A program made the translations under genes and the position numbers. A DNA stretch of 38,742 nt. Origin: an uncultured Candidatus Saccharibacteria bacterium. GTDB lineage: Bacteria > Patescibacteriota > Minisyncoccia > Phycocordibacterales > UBA9973. The notes beneath the pieces were generated by a model. That model worked only from the letters and a program-made list of their open reading frames with translations. It was not told where the DNA came from and did no database searches. The DNA lies in assembly GCA_964504455.1 (NCBI GenBank), contig CAZDDY010000003.1:1-38742 (forward strand), given 5' to 3'. Each line of letters begins with the position of its first letter. Position 1 is the stretch's first letter. This document shows positions 35,744-38,742 of this stretch, one piece after another.

Positions 35744-37492
35744 ATGCAAAGTAAAACTCCAAAATTTGATACCTTGCTTGATGAAATACTTGGATCCCTC
35801 ATACCACACAGACGTACATGTGTATGGAAAGGCAAGCACGCATATTGTGAAGAAGAGTTTGAACTTGAAGTAGGGGATATAGAATTTCTTAAATTCTTGC
35901 GAGTACCTCCACCAAATTTCTGTCCTACCTGTAGAAGAATGAGAAGAATGGTTCATATGGGTACGATTCATTTATTCAAGCGTGCATGTGATGCTCCAGA
36001 ACATGATGAAATGATTATTTCAATATTCTCGAAAGAATGCCCGTTTCCTGTCTATGATTATAAATACTTTGTTTCTGAAGAATTTGACGCACTTGCTTTT
36101 GGTAAAAATTATAATGTAGCCGAGAGTCCCATGGAGCAGTTATGGGGGATGCGAAAAACTTTCCCTATGCCATCATTTTTAAATCGTGATCTTCTAAGTG
36201 TAAATAGTGAATATACAAATGGTGGTAGAGATCTGAAAAATGGATACTACACTTCTGGGTGTTTTCATTCTGAAGATATTTGGTACTCAAATCTTGTAAA
36301 CAAAAGCAAAAGTATTATGGATTCAAGATCAATAAATACTTCAGAGTATGTATACAATAGTGCATATTCTCGTAACTTATATAAATGTTCCTTCACATAC
36401 TTTAGCAAAGAATGTAGTGACAGTATTTTTTTATACGATTGTAGGAATTGCACAGACTGTTTTGGTTGTGTTAATTTGCGTAATAAAAAATATCATGTGT
36501 TCAACAAAGAACTTGCGAAAGAAGAATATGCAACGTTTATGAAAAATGTTTACCCACTTACGCGAGAAAAACTTAACGCATATGCTGAAGAATTTTGGAC
36601 GTTAGTACACAGACTGCCGATGAATGCCTCCCAAAATACCCAGACTGAAAACTCAACCGGTATACTACTGTCACGAAGCAAAAATGTATACGATGCCATT
36701 CATAGTGAGAACTCAGAAAATGTACGACATATTGATGGAGCTCTTTCACACAAAGATTCAATGGACTTTTTATTCTCTGGTGGACACTCAAATAATTTGT
36801 ACATGACCACTAACATTGGTTCGGAATCAAGCAAGGTGAAGTTTTCAATTTCATCAAAGTTTTGCCTTGAATCTGAATTTATTTTTAATTCCAAAAGCCT
36901 TACTAATTGCTTTATGTGTTTTGGACTCGAGAATAAATCTTTTTGTATTTTAAATCAACAATACACTCAAGAAGAATATTGGCCACTCGTTGATATAATA
37001 AAAACTGAGATGCTCAAAAGGGGAGAGTATGCTGATGGGCCAGGAATGGAATTTTCTGCCCAGGCATATAATTTCTCTTTAGCGAATATTGCATTTCCTT
37101 TATCTGAGGAGATCATACTCTCGCTTGGTGGGTATGTTGGAAAAGAGCAAGAATCAAATACAGACGGTATAGAAATTATTGACTCTGAAAATATTCCAGA
37201 GAACATTGATGAAGTAAGTGACAAAATAACGACCAAAGCTTTGCGATGTACTCTTAGTGGAAAACCTTTTAAGGTTATTCAAACTGAACTCGATTTTTAT
37301 CGTAGAATGAAACTACCACTTCCAAATATTCACCCAACTATTCGAACAGATAAAATGTATCACATTGGTGCAGTTGGTAAAAAATACAACACTACGTGTA
37401 ATAAGTGCAATACGGATATACTTTCTATTTTTGATCCAAAAGAAAATTATAATTTCTATTGCGAAAACTGTTATCAACAAGAAATTATTTAA
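35744..37492 (+). CDS. Divergent or degenerate member of the same family, paralog 4 (582 aa), function unknown
   Basis: The ATG at 35744 lies 2 nt after the paralog 3 stop (the track start at 35717 overlaps it). It keeps FLRVPPPNFCPTCRRMRRM, CRNCTDCFGCVNLRNKKYHVFN, NCFMCFGLENKSFCILNQQYTQEEY and YCENCYQQEII, but has lost many ligand cysteines (22 Cys). Confidence 0.8.
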   Translation: MQSKTPKFDTLLDEILGSLIPHRRTCVWKGKHAYCEEEFELEVGDIEFLKFLRVPPPNFCPTCRRMRRMVHMGTIHLFKRACDAPEHDEMIISIFSKECPFPVYDYKYFVSEEFDALAFGKNYNVAESPMEQLWGMRKTFPMPSFLNRDLLSVNSEYTNGGRDLKNGYYTSGCFHSEDIWYSNLVNKSKSIMDSRSINTSEYVYNSAYSRNLYKCSFTYFSKECSDSIFLYDCRNCTDCFGCVNLRNKKYHVFNKELAKEEYATFMKNVYPLTREKLNAYAEEFWTLVHRLPMNASQNTQTENSTGILLSRSKNVYDAIHSENSENVRHIDGALSHKDSMDFLFSGGHSNNLYMTTNIGSESSKVKFSISSKFCLESEFIFNSKSLTNCFMCFGLENKSFCILNQQYTQEEYWPLVDIIKTEMLKRGEYADGPGMEFSAQAYNFSLANIAFPLSEEIILSLGGYVGKEQESNTDGIEIIDSENIPENIDEVSDKITTKALRCTLSGKPFKVIQTELDFYRRMKLPLPNIHPTIRTDKMYHIGAVGKKYNTTCNKCNTDILSIFDPKENYNFYCENCYQQEII

Positions 37493-37495
37493 ACT

Positions 37496-37521
37496 AAAAA
37501 ATCCCCGGAAGGGGATTTTTT
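37496..37521. terminator. Bidirectional intrinsic terminator between paralog 4 and rpmA
   Basis: aaaaaatcccc-ggaa-ggggatttttt is a perfect 11-bp stem with A and T runs on both sides. Confidence 0.85.
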
Positions 37522-37523
37522 AG

Positions 37524-37796
37524 TTAGATAACATGTACCATTTTTCTGACTGTGGTTGTGCCATCGTATTTTTTCTTTCGAGAGTTTGTGAATTTTATTA
37601 TTCCAGACTTGAGAGCAAACAATGTGTAATCCTTTCCTGTTCCAACATTTTTTCCTGGAAGGATTTTTGTTCCTCTCTGTCTTACAATAATAGAACCAGC
37701 TTGTGCTTTTTCACCTGCGTAGAGCTTTGTCCCGAGATACTTCGGATTTGAGTCCCGCAGGTTTTTGGCGGTTCCGGCCGCTTTCCTATGTGCCAT
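37524..37796 (-). CDS. rpmA: 50S ribosomal protein L27
   Basis: [44 protein letters not shown]... is canonical L27, with no N-terminal propeptide. Confidence 0.93.
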   Translation of the reverse strand: MAHRKAAGTAKNLRDSNPKYLGTKLYAGEKAQAGSIIVRQRGTKILPGKNVGTGKDYTLFALKSGIIKFTNSRKKKYDGTTTVRKMVHVI

Positions 37797-37869
37797 ATTT
37801 GTTAATTAAATAATTAAGAATGAATAATTCAAAATAAAAAAGTAGAGTTATATAGCTAGAGTAACGAGA

Positions 37870-37878
37870 TGCTATAAT
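37870..37878 (+). promoter_or_regulatory. Extended -10 (TGcTATAAT), 11 nt upstream of the ATG at 37890
   Basis: TGC TATAAT at 37870-37878. Confidence 0.45.
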
Positions 37879-37889
37879 AACCGTACCGA

Positions 37890-38330
37890 ATGACTATAGA
37901 TGATTTTAACCCTAAAATCAAGTCCTTTTTTGACAAACCAGCCATTTCTAGGGTCTTATATAGCCTAAGTATTTGCTTGTTAATGGTGGCTTCATTTGGC
38001 CTTGGTAAATTATCTGTTTTAGATCAAAAAACTGATAAAAATGAGTCCTCAGTTGCCATATATCTTCCAAATGGCACAAGATACGTTCCGAATAGGGAAG
38101 AAGGGTCTCTAAATGGCCCAAATTTAGCCAATTTAGAGACTTTCGGGGGCAATCAAGGAAATACTGGGCTTAGTCAAGATTTAAGGGTTTTTGCCTCAAA
38201 AAACGGCAAAAATTACTATTATCTGGATTGCACGGCAGGAAATACAATAAAAGAAGAAAATAAGGTTTGGTTTGCTGATCCTGAAAAAGCAGAAGAGGCA
38301 GGATACACTAAATCAAGTAAATGTAAGTAA
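37890..38330 (+). CDS. Membrane-anchored hypothetical protein with a C-terminal Cys...Cys motif
   Basis: An N-terminal TM helix (VLYSLSICLLMVASFGLG). The C-terminus KNYYYLDCTAGNTIKEENKVWFADPEKAEEAGYTKSSKC resembles the short metal-binding Y-x-x-x-C...N...F...EA..AGY...C motif of the Ada N-terminal type (weak). Confidence 0.5.
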   Translation: MTIDDFNPKIKSFFDKPAISRVLYSLSICLLMVASFGLGKLSVLDQKTDKNESSVAIYLPNGTRYVPNREEGSLNGPNLANLETFGGNQGNTGLSQDLRVFASKNGKNYYYLDCTAGNTIKEENKVWFADPEKAEEAGYTKSSKCK

Positions 38331-38401
38331 TATTGACTTTTGTGGCATTTATTATATTGTAAAGCTGATTTTCAAACTTAAAAACTCAAAAAATAAACCA
38401 T

Positions 38402-38742
38402 ATGCGGAACTTCATTTTTTCTTTTAGAGGTGCTTTATTACTAAGTATTCTTGTGGCCTTAGCCTTAGGAATGTACTGGGGTATATCAATTGATTCTCGT
38501 ATTATTTTACAGTCATCACTGTTTATTCTTGTGATGAACTTTATCACTGCAGCAAGAGGAAACAGAAATATTATAAGAATCGAGGAGGCGGCCAAATCTT
38601 ATGGGGATTTACTACCAAGTCAACTCAAAAAAGGAATCAGGTTTGGGAGCATTCTCACATTCACCATCGGATCGATGCTCGTAATTTTGATGGTAAAACA
38701 ACTTCTTCAGATATCAGCACATGAGGAAGATATTCAAAAATT
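38402..38742 (+). CDS. Hypothetical membrane protein, 3' end outside the window
   Basis: Hand translation from the ATG at 38402 (MRNFIFSFRGALLLSILVALALGMYWG...FGSILTFTIGSMLVILMVKQLL...) is open to the window end and has hydrophobic helices. It is preferred over the antisense 69-aa track ORF. Confidence 0.45.
   Translation, partial: MRNFIFSFRGALLLSILVALALGMYWGISIDSRIILQSSLFILVMNFITAARGNRNIIRIEEAAKSYGDLLPSQLKKGIRFGSILTFTIGSMLVILMVKQLLQISAHEEDIQK

Noticed and set aside
30642-37492. Cys-rich paralogs as radical-SAM/SPASM, ferredoxin-like or RiPP-related proteins
   Set aside because: I found no CxxxCxxC radical-SAM motif, no CxxCxxCxxxCP ferredoxin spacing, no adjacent small precursor peptide ORF and no modifying-enzyme genes. 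The four-Cys pairs are spaced like zinc ribbons instead.
38386-38595. 69-aa minus-strand ORF from the track
   Set aside because: The opposite (plus) strand carries a longer frame, open from the ATG at 38402 to the window end, with clear TM helices. The plus-strand reading is preferred, although neither has homology support.

Overview
This is a low-GC, tightly packed, mostly co-directional bacterial chromosome segment. I saw no Shine-Dalgarno motif in front of any gene I inspected. The gene content is a reduced dcw cluster, a short archaeal-type AspRS, a bacterial SWIB protein, many small membrane ORFans and a full F1Fo operon; together with the composition this suggests a CPR/Patescibacteria-like genome (inference only). 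Order of features: corA (partial), rplU, recR, dnaB, trpS. Then a T-box-like leader heads a gap-free gene string aspS-scpA-scpB-dac-murE-mraY-ftsW-murG. Next come a 179-aa internally duplicated ORFan, gltX, a SWIB protein, and a GC-richer orphan LuxR-type response regulator beside tRNA-Glu(CUC), which has a partial copy of its own 3' end nearby. Two very AT-rich 178-aa ORFans and dnaJ follow. tRNA-Ile(GAU) then leads atpZ-atpB-atpE-atpF-atpH-atpA-atpG-atpD-atpC, with atpE bracketed by long hairpins. Three small minus-strand ORFs follow, then trhO-rsmI-small ORF-ctp-rplI. Joined directly onto rplI are four head-to-tail paralogs (559-582 aa) of a cysteine-rich protein I cannot assign to a characterised family. 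Each has a similar zinc-ribbon/basic module at both termini and an internally duplicated Cys/aromatic repeat core. This array is the best candidate for an undescribed system. The window ends with rpmA (convergent), a membrane-anchored protein and a partial membrane ORF. I saw no rRNA, CRISPR array, transposase or integrase.
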